A stretch of DNA of 46,746 bases from positions 1 to 46,746 of IMG/VR virus record IMGVR_UViG_3300048852_000128, one strand, 5' to 3'. Made by a program: the position numbers and the translations under genes. Below are positions 1-8,142 of this stretch, one piece after another; position 1 is the stretch's first letter; the number at the start of each line of letters is the position of its first letter. The notes beneath the pieces are model-generated. The model did no database searches and had not been told where the DNA came from. It saw only the letters and a list, made by a program, of their open reading frames with translations. Source of the stretch: a virus (Duplodnaviria > Caudoviricetes).

Positions 1-348
1 TCAGCCCGCCTCCTGCCCCTGTTGGGCGGGCAGCCGAGGGTCGCGCGCGGCCGGGAGGATGCGGCGCGCCGCGACGTTGGTCGCGTCGGCGCACCAGTCC
101 AGCGGCACGCGGATCTTGCGGCCGGTTGCCAGGGTGACACTGGCCAGCACCGGGATGCCGGGGCTGGCACCGGGCTCGGGGTGAAGCTCGGCCGTCAGGT
201 CACCATGGCCCTCGAAGCGGAAGAGCAGCGGATGGCTGGTCAGCGCCGCGCGTGGGTTTCGGACGAAGACCGCGCGCGGAGGCCTGCAGGCGAGCTGCCG
301 GAAGCCGGGGCCATCCTTGCCGCCTGTCTCGGCGAGCCAGAGCGTCAT
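1..348 (-). CDS. Hypothetical phage early protein
   Basis: 115-aa ORF whose start overlaps the stop of 345-602; part of the leftward operon. Confidence 0.55.
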   Translation of the reverse strand: MTLWLAETGGKDGPGFRQLACRPPRAVFVRNPRAALTSHPLLFRFEGHGDLTAELHPEPGASPGIPVLASVTLATGRKIRVPLDWCADATNVAARRILPAARDPRLPAQQGQEAG

Positions 349-602
349 GCCGCGATCCTCCGGGGTCGAGAGAGGCGGAGCGGCCGGTTCGTGTAGAGCG
401 GTGCGTCCGCGCGCAGCTGGTCCGCCAGGCGGAAGAGCGGCGGGGCGGCGGTGGGGCAGCGATCCACCGCGTTCCAGGCGGCCTCGTCCACGTAGTCCGC
501 GGCAATCAGCAGGGCGTCGGCGGGAATGCGCTCGTCCCGCGCTGCCTGGGCGCGCAGGCGCGCGCCGATCTCGGCCAACCAGGCGGAGAGAGGGCGGCTC
601 AT
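345..602 (-). CDS. Hypothetical phage early protein
   Basis: 85-aa ORF with 4-nt overlaps to both neighbours. Confidence 0.6.
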   Translation of the reverse strand: MSRPLSAWLAEIGARLRAQAARDERIPADALLIAADYVDEAAWNAVDRCPTAAPPLFRLADQLRADAPLYTNRPLRLSRPRRIAA

Positions 603-931
603 GCGCCGCTCCTCGGTGCGGCGAGGGGGCTCAGCAGCTCATCGAGGCGCTTGCTCAGTGCCTCGACGGTGCGCAGGACCTCCTCGAGCACGTAGGTGGT
701 GTCAGCGCCCTTCTGCAGCGCGTCGCGCGCAAGGGAGGCGGTACCCGTGATCAGCCCAAAGGCGGCGGCATACCGGGTGTCCGCAGGGTGCCCGATGTAG
801 GCCACAAGCTCGTGGCGCGGCGCGATGCGCGTGTAGAGGTCGGCGGAGGAGGCGGGCGCCGTCCCGTTCCGCGACGGGCTGCCGGCATAAGGCGAGGTGC
901 CAGGCAGCGGGGTGGAATTGTCGTCGGGCAT
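599..931 (-). CDS. Hypothetical phage early protein, first gene of the leftward operon
   Basis: 110-aa ORF just downstream of the pL-like promoter. Confidence 0.6.
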   Translation of the reverse strand: MPDDNSTPLPGTSPYAGSPSRNGTAPASSADLYTRIAPRHELVAYIGHPADTRYAAAFGLITGTASLARDALQKGADTTYVLEEVLRTVEALSKRLDELLSPLAAPRSGA

Positions 932-958
932 ATCAGCACCCTGGGTTGCGGGTGCCGA

Positions 959-1011
959 AGCCTATTGCGATATAATTATCGCGTCAACGAAAAGTGCGAC
1001 GAAAATATCGC
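959..1011 (-). promoter_or_regulatory. pL-like sigma70 promoter with two repressor operators (OL)
   Basis: Minus strand TTGACG (987-982), 17 nt, TAGGCT (964-959); palindromes GCGATATAATTATCGC (967-982) and GCGACGAAAATATCGC (996-1011). Confidence 0.8.
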
Positions 1012-1018
1012 ATTCAGG

Positions 1019-1789
1019 CTAGGTGAAATCCTCCGGCTTGTAGCTGCCGATCACCAGCCCGCTGATGACCAGGTCCGTCTCGCCGCTGGTGTCGCCCTCC
1101 GGCTCGGCAAAGACCGTCGGAGGAATGGGAGAGTCGCCGTCAGCAAGCGGCGCGGTCGGTTCAGTCAGCATGATCGGCGTCTGGAACTCCGGCGCGGTGC
1201 TGCGCGGCCAAAGGACGTGTCGCCCCTGCTTGTCCAGTTCGTATTCCTTCAGCGTGGCTTCGAACTCGCCAGAGTCGCGGGAGCGCCGGAGCACAACGAC
1301 CTTGTCTCCGGTCCGCGGAACGCGACCAAGATCCTGATAGCGGACGACTATAACGATTGTGCCGTGGGGGTAGATGCGATCCATCGAATTGCCGCGGACC
1401 AGAAGGCCGAACCTAGGCACTGACGAAGGTACGCGATCGTCTGATGGCACGCTTACCGGAAACCACTCTGCTGGGTTCCACTCGATGGCCTCGCGCCAGT
1501 TGCCGGCTTGGACTGCGCCGCGCACGAAGACCGTCTGCAGTGCAATGGCCTGCACCCTCGGGGCAGCCGGCGTGTCCTCGGCAGCTGCGTCCAGGAGGTA
1601 GGCCGGTGGCACCCTCAGGACCTCCGCGAGCTTCGCGAGGGTGGCCGGTTTCGGGGCGTGCTGCCTTGGCGGCCGGAGGTGGCGGATCGAGTTCACGCCG
1701 ATCCCGGCCATGAGGCAGGCTTTGCGTTCGCTCAATCCGAGCGCACGCAGCCGTTCCTCGATTCGCGAGAGGAGCAATTCGTAGGCCAT
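1019..1789 (-). CDS. CI-like repressor (N-terminal HTH, C-terminal S24/LexA-type peptidase)
   Basis: HTH-like LSERKACLMAGIGVNSIRHL, VQAG cleavage-site motif, GNSM catalytic Ser, ATLK catalytic Lys; start placed at MAYELL (1789). Confidence 0.9.
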   Translation of the reverse strand: MAYELLLSRIEERLRALGLSERKACLMAGIGVNSIRHLRPPRQHAPKPATLAKLAEVLRVPPAYLLDAAAEDTPAAPRVQAIALQTVFVRGAVQAGNWREAIEWNPAEWFPVSVPSDDRVPSSVPRFGLLVRGNSMDRIYPHGTIVIVVRYQDLGRVPRTGDKVVVLRRSRDSGEFEATLKEYELDKQGRHVLWPRSTAPEFQTPIMLTEPTAPLADGDSPIPPTVFAEPEGDTSGETDLVISGLVIGSYKPEDFT

Positions 1790-1863
1790 GCGATAGTTGT
1801 GTCGCAGGGGCTTGCCGCGCGCATGCGATATGACTATCGTGCTTTCTGCGATGAAATTATCGC
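1790..1863 (+). promoter_or_regulatory. OR region: three 16-bp operators and a pR-like promoter
   Basis: GCGATAGTTGTGTCGC (1790-1805), GCGATATGACTATCGT (1825-1840), GCGATGAAATTATCGC (1848-1863); TTGCCG (1812-1817), 17 nt, TATCGT (1835-1840). Confidence 0.8.
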
Positions 1864-1874
1864 AGGCGAGGTCC

Positions 1875-2132
1875 ATGGATTACCGAGCGTCCCTGGTACT
1901 GCTGGTTGAGACGTACGCACGAGCGACCGGCCGGTCAGAAGCGCGAATTGCTAACCTGGCGGGGCGCGACAGCCGCTTCTTCGAGCGGATGCGCGCAGGC
2001 AAGACATGCTCGGTGGACACGCTGCACCACGTCCTGGGTTGGTTCTCCCAGAACTGGCCGGGTGACCTGGCATGGCCCGAGGGTGTCGCCCGACAGACGG
2101 CCGCCCGCGCTGAATCGCCGGAGGCGGCCTGA
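1875..2132 (+). CDS. Cro-like small regulator
   Basis: 85 aa, divergent from the repressor, HTH-like SEARIANLAGRDSRFFERMRAGK, GAGG RBS. Confidence 0.8.
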   Translation: MDYRASLVLLVETYARATGRSEARIANLAGRDSRFFERMRAGKTCSVDTLHHVLGWFSQNWPGDLAWPEGVARQTAARAESPEAA

Positions 2133-2183
2133 GATGCGCTCTGCACTACTGATGGCCGCGCCTGCGCCTGACGGCCGGAATTC

Positions 2184-2213
2184 GCGCGCTTCTCGGAGTG
2201 CGCCCCCTTTTTT
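2184..2213 (+). terminator. Possible intrinsic terminator (tR1-like)
   Basis: GCGCGCTT-CTCG-GAGTGCGC stem followed by CCCCTTTTTT, downstream of the cro-like gene. Confidence 0.45.
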
Positions 2214-2477
2214 GGCCTGGATCTCAACCCCTGCGTTTTCATCGGCGACGATCTCCGCCGACTGCGTTCGACGCTGCCCACTACACTTGCTGCGCGTCCA
2301 CCCTTCACGCACAGGCCCTCAGCAGCTGCGCCAGCGCCAGCAGCAGCGCGGCCGCCAGCAGCGCGGCGGGCATCAACTCGAACGGGCGTGCGGGGCATCT
2401 CATGCGCTGCAGCCTGCAACGGCCGCGGTTGCCTGTCGCCGGAATCCCTTTCCGCTCCCTCAGCAGCGAGCCGCCAC

Positions 2478-2969
2478 ATGAAGCACCAGGTGCACCACCC
2501 GCAATTCTATGCCGCCGTGAAGACGGCATTCGGCGGGCTCGTCCGTGCCGTCGGCGGTTTCGAGGCAGCGGGCGCCTGCGTCGGCGCCGCGCCCTCGCGC
2601 CTGCATGCCATGGCGGATCTGCGGCAGCCCGACTTCCCGCGCGCGGACTATGTCGCGGACCTGGAGCATGTGGCGATGGCGCCGTTGCTCACCTCGGTCC
2701 TTGCCGGCGCCACGCATCACAGGCTGCTGCCGCTGCCCGAGGCGGTGCAGGGTACCGAGCCGCGCGCCATCGCAGCGACGCTGCGGGAGGCGGCGGAGCT
2801 CGGCGCCGAGTTCGCCGAGGCGATGGAGGACGGCCGCCTGGCGGATGCGGAGCGCACCAGCCTGATCGAGCGGCTTGCCTCCGTCGCCCGTGCGGCCGAT
2901 GCAGCGAGAACGCTGCTCGCCGGACCGGTGCTGCCGATCGGCACCGCCAAACTGCGGGAGCCGGCCTGA
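2478..2969 (+). CDS. CII-like phage regulatory protein
   Basis: 163 aa after cro, with C-terminal AEAMEDGRLADAER motif typical of CII-family regulators. Confidence 0.6.
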   Translation: MKHQVHHPQFYAAVKTAFGGLVRAVGGFEAAGACVGAAPSRLHAMADLRQPDFPRADYVADLEHVAMAPLLTSVLAGATHHRLLPLPEAVQGTEPRAIAATLREAAELGAEFAEAMEDGRLADAERTSLIERLASVARAADAARTLLAGPVLPIGTAKLREPA

Positions 2970-3169
2970 TGTTGGGCCTCGCCGAGGCGGCGCTGGCCGG
3001 TGCCGGATGGTTGCTGCTCGCCGTCGGCGTGGCCGCATACCTGGCCGAGGTTTTCCGTCTGCCGCGCGGCCGCGCCGCGCGCTCCGAGGCCCGCAAGGCG
3101 AGCGTTTCCTCCCTCAACTGCCCCGGCGGCGGCGGCCCCGCCGCCGGGGGCCTCTTCGGGGAGGGGTGA
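2969..3169 (+). CDS. Small hydrophobic hypothetical protein
   Basis: TGATG coupling on both sides; one TM-like segment. Confidence 0.5.
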   Translation: MLGLAEAALAGAGWLLLAVGVAAYLAEVFRLPRGRAARSEARKASVSSLNCPGGGGPAAGGLFGEG

Positions 3170-3414
3170 TGGCCACGCTGCCGAAGCGGAAGGGCCTCCG
3201 GCTGCCGCCTGCTGATCAGAAGCTGGTCGAGGACCTGGCGCAGTTCCTACGCTCGCACGGCGTCGTCTGCTCGCTCTCCGCCATGGCGGATCTGCTGGGG
3301 CAGATGGTGGCCTATCGGTGCGCTGCTCCGGCGCGCCGCGATGTGCTGGCGGCCATCACGGCGCAGGTGGAGCAGTCGGCCGCGCTCCATGGCAATCCGG
3401 CTGGTCAGGCATGA
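3169..3414 (+). CDS. Hypothetical protein
   Basis: GGAGGGG RBS, coupled start MATLPKRK. Confidence 0.6.
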   Translation: MATLPKRKGLRLPPADQKLVEDLAQFLRSHGVVCSLSAMADLLGQMVAYRCAAPARRDVLAAITAQVEQSAALHGNPAGQA

Positions 3415-4070
3415 TGGATCCGGAGGTGCTGTTCGCGAACGCACGGCATCGCCTGCGTCGGCTGAGGCCGCTCGGCGCGCAGCACCAGCATCTCATCCTG
3501 GTGCTCGGTTCCTGGCCCGCGCGCCGCGTCGCTGAGGGCTGGTGGGAACCGCTGGACCCGCGAGCTGCGCGGGAGCGCGACGAATGCCTGATCCTGGCCG
3601 TACGTGGCGGCGCCTTGGCGGATCTGCGGCCCGCTCCGGGCATTGCCTATGACCCAGTCCACGGCCACCCGCTCGGCGACGGCTGGGCGCTGGAGAGGGG
3701 ATGGCTGGCGCTCGCCGGGCCCGACATTCTCGACCTGCTGGCGCTCGACTGGGAACTGCGACGTCCACCGCTCCGCCTCACCGGCATGGCCTATGCCCTC
3801 GGCGACGCAAGCGGCGTGCTGGTTGCCGAGTGGCCAGAGCCGGTTCGCCTGGTGCGCGATGCGCGCGAATGGCTGGCCCTTGCGCGACAGGGCGCTGTGT
3901 TGCCGCTCGGCGATGACGCCCAGGCGCAGAGTTACCTGCGCAGCCTGACGGGCGGGATCGTGGTGACGGACACGGAGCAGGGCCGCGCGGTGAAGCGGCT
4001 GCTGGAGCGCGAGCTGCCGAAGCCGCCGCCGCTTTTCGTGGCTCAGCAGGAAGAGGGGAGGGCGGCGTGA
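3411..4070 (+). CDS. Hypothetical replication-module protein
   Basis: 219 aa with 4-nt overlaps to both neighbours; function not recognised. Confidence 0.65.
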   Translation: MMDPEVLFANARHRLRRLRPLGAQHQHLILVLGSWPARRVAEGWWEPLDPRAARERDECLILAVRGGALADLRPAPGIAYDPVHGHPLGDGWALERGWLALAGPDILDLLALDWELRRPPLRLTGMAYALGDASGVLVAEWPEPVRLVRDAREWLALARQGAVLPLGDDAQAQSYLRSLTGGIVVTDTEQGRAVKRLLERELPKPPPLFVAQQEEGRAA

Positions 4071-4375
4071 TCGATCCTGTCACCAGCATGCGCGCCGTGC
4101 TGGCGCAGCTGAAGGCGGGCCATGCCGACTTCGCTGTGGTGCTGCTCGAGGACGCGCTAACTGGTGCGGAGGACACGCCCGAGAAGGTATGTGCGGCTCT
4201 CGTGGCGCCGGAGGAGTACAGCGCGCCGGCGGAGCTGCGTGCCTACAGCCGCGGCGTGCTGGACGCGCTGCAGGCTATGTCCGCTCCTCGCAAGCTGGAC
4301 GACGCCAAGGCCAGCGTCCCGGCGGCACGCGTCGCGGCGCCACGCGTCACAGCGTCACAGGGGGCGCTCATCTGA
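4067..4375 (+). CDS. Hypothetical protein
   Basis: GTG start overlapping the previous stop, GGAGGG RBS. Confidence 0.6.
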   Translation: MIDPVTSMRAVLAQLKAGHADFAVVLLEDALTGAEDTPEKVCAALVAPEEYSAPAELRAYSRGVLDALQAMSAPRKLDDAKASVPAARVAAPRVTASQGALI

Positions 4376-6330
4376 TGAGCGCTCCGAACATCGTGCCCTT
4401 CGCCCAGGCCGAGCGGCAGGAGCGCAAAGCGAAGCGCCGCGGTGGCGCGGGCGGAGACGGCGGCAGCGGCGAGACCAGGGATCCGCCGGGCGAGGCCGAT
4501 CCGCAGGGCTGCCCCGTGGTGGCGCTCGGCCACCGCAACGGCATGTTCGTCTTCTTCAACGCCGCCGGCGAGCTGCGGGAGATGGGCGCGCAGGCGCTCG
4601 GCCAGTCGCCGCAACTCGTTGCCCTCTTCGGCGCGCGGATCCGCTGGGCGATCAGCGCCTTTCCGCAGCGCGACAAGGATGGCGAGCCGACGGGGTGGTT
4701 CTCCGCCCGCGCCGTGAACCGGCACCTAGTGGAGGCCTGCTACTCGGCCGGGCTGTTCCGGTCGGAGGAGCCGAAGCGCGGCGTCGGCATCTGGCGCGCC
4801 GGTGACCAGGTGGTGGTGCATGCCGGCGCCTCGGTGCTCTTCCCCGGCGAGTCCTGGCGCGAGCAGCGCGCAGGCTTCCGGGCTCATGGCGCCCTGTGGC
4901 CCGCCGCTCCCTCGGTGATGCAGGCGCCGGCCTCGGAGGATGAGCCGAGCTGGGCGGAGCGCGTCAGCAGCCCCTGCGACCCCGAGAGGGCTGCGTGGGT
5001 TGAGGAGCTGATCGGCCGCTGGAACTGGGAGCAGCCGTCGGCGCCCGCCGTATTCTTCGGCCTGCTCTGCGCTGGCCTGCTTGGCGCCGCGCTCCGCTGG
5101 CGGCCGCACGGCCTGGTGGTGGGGCCGGAAGGCTCCGGCAAGTCCACGCTGATGGAGCTCTATGCCGCTGCCAGCCCGCTGGCCCTGGTGTGGAACGACT
5201 ACACCGAGCCTGGCCTGCGCCAGGCGCTCAGCGGCCGCGGTGCCCCTGTCGTCCTCGACGAAGCGGAGGACGACAAGGAAGGCCAGGACAAGATGCGCCG
5301 CACCATCATGCTGCTGCGCCGCGCCTCCGGCGGCCGCGGCGCGGTGAAGGTGCAGGGCGGGGAAGGCGGCAGGGCGCAGGTCTTCGAGGTGAATGCGGCG
5401 GCCGTGCTGGGCGCGATCCTGCCGCCGGACCTCGAGCCGCAGGACGCCAGCCGCATCACCCGCCTCGATCTCGGCCGGCGCGTGCCAGGCGGGAAGGGGC
5501 TGCCGAGCGATGCGGAGATCCAGGCGCTGCGCGAGCTCGCGCCATCGCTGCTGGGGCGCGCACTGGCCGGCATGGAGCGCTTCACCCGTAACCTGGATCT
5601 GCTGCGCAAGGAGCTGATGGAGTGCGGCTGCGCGCCGCGCCTCGCGGACCAGGTGGGCACCATCCTGGCTGCGCGGCAGATGATGCTCTCGGATGACCCG
5701 CTGGAAGGCGACACGGCTGCGCATGACCTGGTGGAGGAGTTCCGCTGGCTGGCCGTGACGGAGGCGGAGATGGAGCCGGATCGCGGGCCCGCCGCGGCGC
5801 TGGCACACCTCCTGCAAAGCCCGGCCGATCTGCAGCGCCACGGCGAGAGGCCGAGCATCGGCACGCTGGTGATGAAGGGCGCGATGGATGACGCCGACGG
5901 GGAGGAGGCGCGGCGAATCCTCTCCGACCATGGGCTGGAGCTCGCCTCCTACCCCAAGCGCAGCCGGGCAGAGCGATGTCTCTACGTCGCGAACAAGCAC
6001 CCGCGGCTGTCGCGCATCTTCGAGGGCACGCGCTGGGGCGGAGGGAAGTGGCGGGAGGACCTCGGCCGCCTGCCGGGCGCGATCAAGCCACCCGACACGC
6101 AATGGGTGGGCGCCAGCAAGACGCGCTGCGTCATCGTCCCCGCGCCCCTGATCCCAAAGAGACCCCAGCGCTCGGCGACGCTCGAGGAGCTGCAGGAGAT
6201 CGCGTCGGAGGCGCGGCTCGACGCGAACTGGGTGGTGGCCATGCTCGGCTCAGGCAGCACCGCCGTTCAGGCGCGGCGCGCGGCGGGCTTGGAGCCGAAG
6301 GGCGCGCCCTCGGCGGGGAATGGGACATGA
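4375..6330 (+). CDS. Phage replication protein, P-loop NTPase (helicase-like)
   Basis: Walker A GPEGSGKST, Walker B VVLDEAE; iteron-like repeats directly downstream. Confidence 0.8.
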   Translation: MSAPNIVPFAQAERQERKAKRRGGAGGDGGSGETRDPPGEADPQGCPVVALGHRNGMFVFFNAAGELREMGAQALGQSPQLVALFGARIRWAISAFPQRDKDGEPTGWFSARAVNRHLVEACYSAGLFRSEEPKRGVGIWRAGDQVVVHAGASVLFPGESWREQRAGFRAHGALWPAAPSVMQAPASEDEPSWAERVSSPCDPERAAWVEELIGRWNWEQPSAPAVFFGLLCAGLLGAALRWRPHGLVVGPEGSGKSTLMELYAAASPLALVWNDYTEPGLRQALSGRGAPVVLDEAEDDKEGQDKMRRTIMLLRRASGGRGAVKVQGGEGGRAQVFEVNAAAVLGAILPPDLEPQDASRITRLDLGRRVPGGKGLPSDAEIQALRELAPSLLGRALAGMERFTRNLDLLRKELMECGCAPRLADQVGTILAARQMMLSDDPLEGDTAAHDLVEEFRWLAVTEAEMEPDRGPAAALAHLLQSPADLQRHGERPSIGTLVMKGAMDDADGEEARRILSDHGLELASYPKRSRAERCLYVANKHPRLSRIFEGTRWGGGKWREDLGRLPGAIKPPDTQWVGASKTRCVIVPAPLIPKRPQRSATLEELQEIASEARLDANWVVAMLGSGSTAVQARRAAGLEPKGAPSAGNGT

Positions 6331-6538
6331 GGCAGGCAACGTCCCGTCGCTGTCCCAGAATAAGCCCTTGAAGGGGAAGCAATGGGACAAATGGGACAAA
6401 TGGGACAGCGATACAGGGGTCTATGTGTGCGGGCGCGCGACGTATGTGCTCCGTTGTCACGTCCCATTCGTCCCATTTGTCCCATTCCAGTGAAATCAAA
6501 GAGTTACAGCGGGACAACGGCGGGACAGGGGTGGGACA
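6319..6538. repeat. Iteron-like repeat cluster, putative replication origin
   Basis: AATGGGACA x3 (6381-6407), inverted YGTCCCATT x3 (6460-6487), further GGGACA/TGTCCC copies on both sides. Confidence 0.7.
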
Positions 6539-7120
6539 ATGGTGCTGAAGCTGCGGGCTGAGGGGCAGGTGGTGCAGGGCGAGGCGTACTGCACCACGGA
6601 TCGCCAGGCGGAGCGGGCGCGCATGGCCGCCTTCGCCACGCGCGAGCGCCAGCGGGTGCGGGGCGCAGAGGGCGAGGCGCAGCCTGTTGCCTACGTGCCG
6701 CGGCGCGATGTGCTGGTCGCCATGGCGCAGGACGGCAGGTTGCGGGGTGAGCAGTTGCGCGCCGGCCGGGAGATCGCGGAGCATTGGCACAGCGTCACCC
6801 GCGCGCTGCACGCCCGCTGCGGCCTCTATGCCGAGAGGATGCCGAAGGGGGCAGAGGTGGCGGAGCATCCGCTGGTTCAGGCGCGCACCGCTCGCTATGC
6901 GGCCTGGGCCGAGTGGGCCGGCACGCAGGTGGTGACGCCCGCCATCTCCCTGGTCGACCTGACACTCGATATGGCGGTGGACGGGCTGAGCCCGCGTGGG
7001 GTGCGAGCGAAGAGAGGCATCAGCGATACCCGCGCGCTGCGGCTGCTCCAGCGCAGCCTCTGGCAGTACGCCCTCCTCGCTGGCTGGGCGGAGGAGAAGA
7101 CCATCGCACAGGTTGCTTGA
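6539..7120 (+). CDS. Putative late-gene regulator (Q-like position)
   Basis: 193 aa, last gene before the late operon, C-terminal HTH-like GLSPRGVRAKRGISDTRALRLL. Confidence 0.6.
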   Translation: MVLKLRAEGQVVQGEAYCTTDRQAERARMAAFATRERQRVRGAEGEAQPVAYVPRRDVLVAMAQDGRLRGEQLRAGREIAEHWHSVTRALHARCGLYAERMPKGAEVAEHPLVQARTARYAAWAEWAGTQVVTPAISLVDLTLDMAVDGLSPRGVRAKRGISDTRALRLLQRSLWQYALLAGWAEEKTIAQVA

Positions 7121-7165
7121 CGGCTCGTGGCATTTCGCTCTACAGATTTGTCACTGTCGTGAATC

Positions 7166-7206
7166 GCGCCCGGCCGGGACCATCCCGCGCCGGGCGCTTT
7201 CATTTT
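7166..7206 (+). terminator. Intrinsic terminator ahead of the late operon (tR'-like)
   Basis: GCGCCCGGC/GCCGGGCGC outer stem, CGGGA/TCCCG inner stem, then TTTCATTTT. Confidence 0.65.
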
Positions 7207-7221
7207 CGGGCGGAGGCAGCC

Positions 7222-7995
7222 ATGGCGGTGCTGCTGAGCGTGAAGCACGACTTCGCCCGCCTCGCCGCCACCCTCGACGACTTTGGCCGCAAGCAGCTCC
7301 CCTTCGCCGCGGCCCTGGCGCTGACGCGCTCCGCCTATCAGGCGCGGTCGGATCTGCGCGAGGCGATGGAGCGCACCTTCGACCGGCCCAAGCCCTTCAC
7401 GCTGAACAGCCTCTACGTCGAGGCGGCGAAGAAGACGAAGCTCGAGGCCAACGTCCACTTCCGCGACTTCGCGCCGAAGGGCGTGCCGGCGGGCAAGTAC
7501 CTGCGGGCGCAGATTCTGGGCGGGCAGCGCGCACTGAAGGCACACGAGAGGCGCCTCGCCGCCGCGGGGGTGCTGCCCGACGGCATGGCCCTGGTGCCGA
7601 CGCGCTACGCGGACCAGGACAAGCACGGTAACATGGTCCCGGGCCAGGTGGTGAAGATCCTCTCGGCCCTGCAGGCGCAGCGTGATTCTGGCCAGAACCA
7701 GGGTGCCTTCGGTGGCAAGGCGCGGGGTAAGCGGCGAGAGAGCTACTTCGCCATCGTGCCGGGTCGGCCGCAGGGCAGGGGCGCGCGCGGCGGCGGGCTG
7801 CCGCCAGCGATCTACAAGGTGCACGGCTCTGCGCTCGGTCGCATCGTGCTGCCCGTGCTGGTCTACGTGAAGGCGCCGCCCCGCTACGCGCCCCGCTTCG
7901 ACTTCGACGCCATTGCCATGCGCTCGGTCGAGGAGAACCTGCCTCTGCTACTCGGCGGGGCGCTCGAGCGGGCGCTCGCCACGGCGAAGCCCTGA
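7222..7995 (+). CDS. Phage late protein (possible gpZ-like minor tail protein)
   Basis: GGAGG RBS; KQLPFAAALALT...FDRPKPFTLNS motif seen in phage genes ahead of terminases. Confidence 0.7.
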   Translation: MAVLLSVKHDFARLAATLDDFGRKQLPFAAALALTRSAYQARSDLREAMERTFDRPKPFTLNSLYVEAAKKTKLEANVHFRDFAPKGVPAGKYLRAQILGGQRALKAHERRLAAAGVLPDGMALVPTRYADQDKHGNMVPGQVVKILSALQAQRDSGQNQGAFGGKARGKRRESYFAIVPGRPQGRGARGGGLPPAIYKVHGSALGRIVLPVLVYVKAPPRYAPRFDFDAIAMRSVEENLPLLLGGALERALATAKP

Positions 7996-8019
7996 CGCCG
8001 GCGCGCAACAATATTACGC

Positions 8020-8087
8020 GGGTCCTTCCCCTGGCCCGTCGCCACCACGGGTAATTCGGACCCCGGTTTTCGACCGAATTTATGAAG
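8020..8087 (+). other. Lambda-like cos packaging site (cosQ + cosN)
   Basis: GGGTCCT (8020-8026), ACG ending at 8049, then GGTAATTCGGAC CCCGGTTTTCG...ATTTATGAA; same layout as lambda cos, directly upstream of terS. Confidence 0.75.
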
Positions 8088-8142
8088 TAAAACAACGGCT
8101 TCTGTTGCCGTTCCTGTTGCTGTCCGCAGTGGAGGACCGGAC

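Noticed and set aside
1790-1876. Longer N-termini for the repressor (start 1876) and cro-like gene (start 1797) given by the ORF track
   Set aside because: They would overlap each other and cover the operators and promoters; starts at 1789 and 1875 fit better
6381-6487. CRISPR array
   Set aside because: Repeats are 9 bp, tandem or inverted, with no spacers and no cas genes
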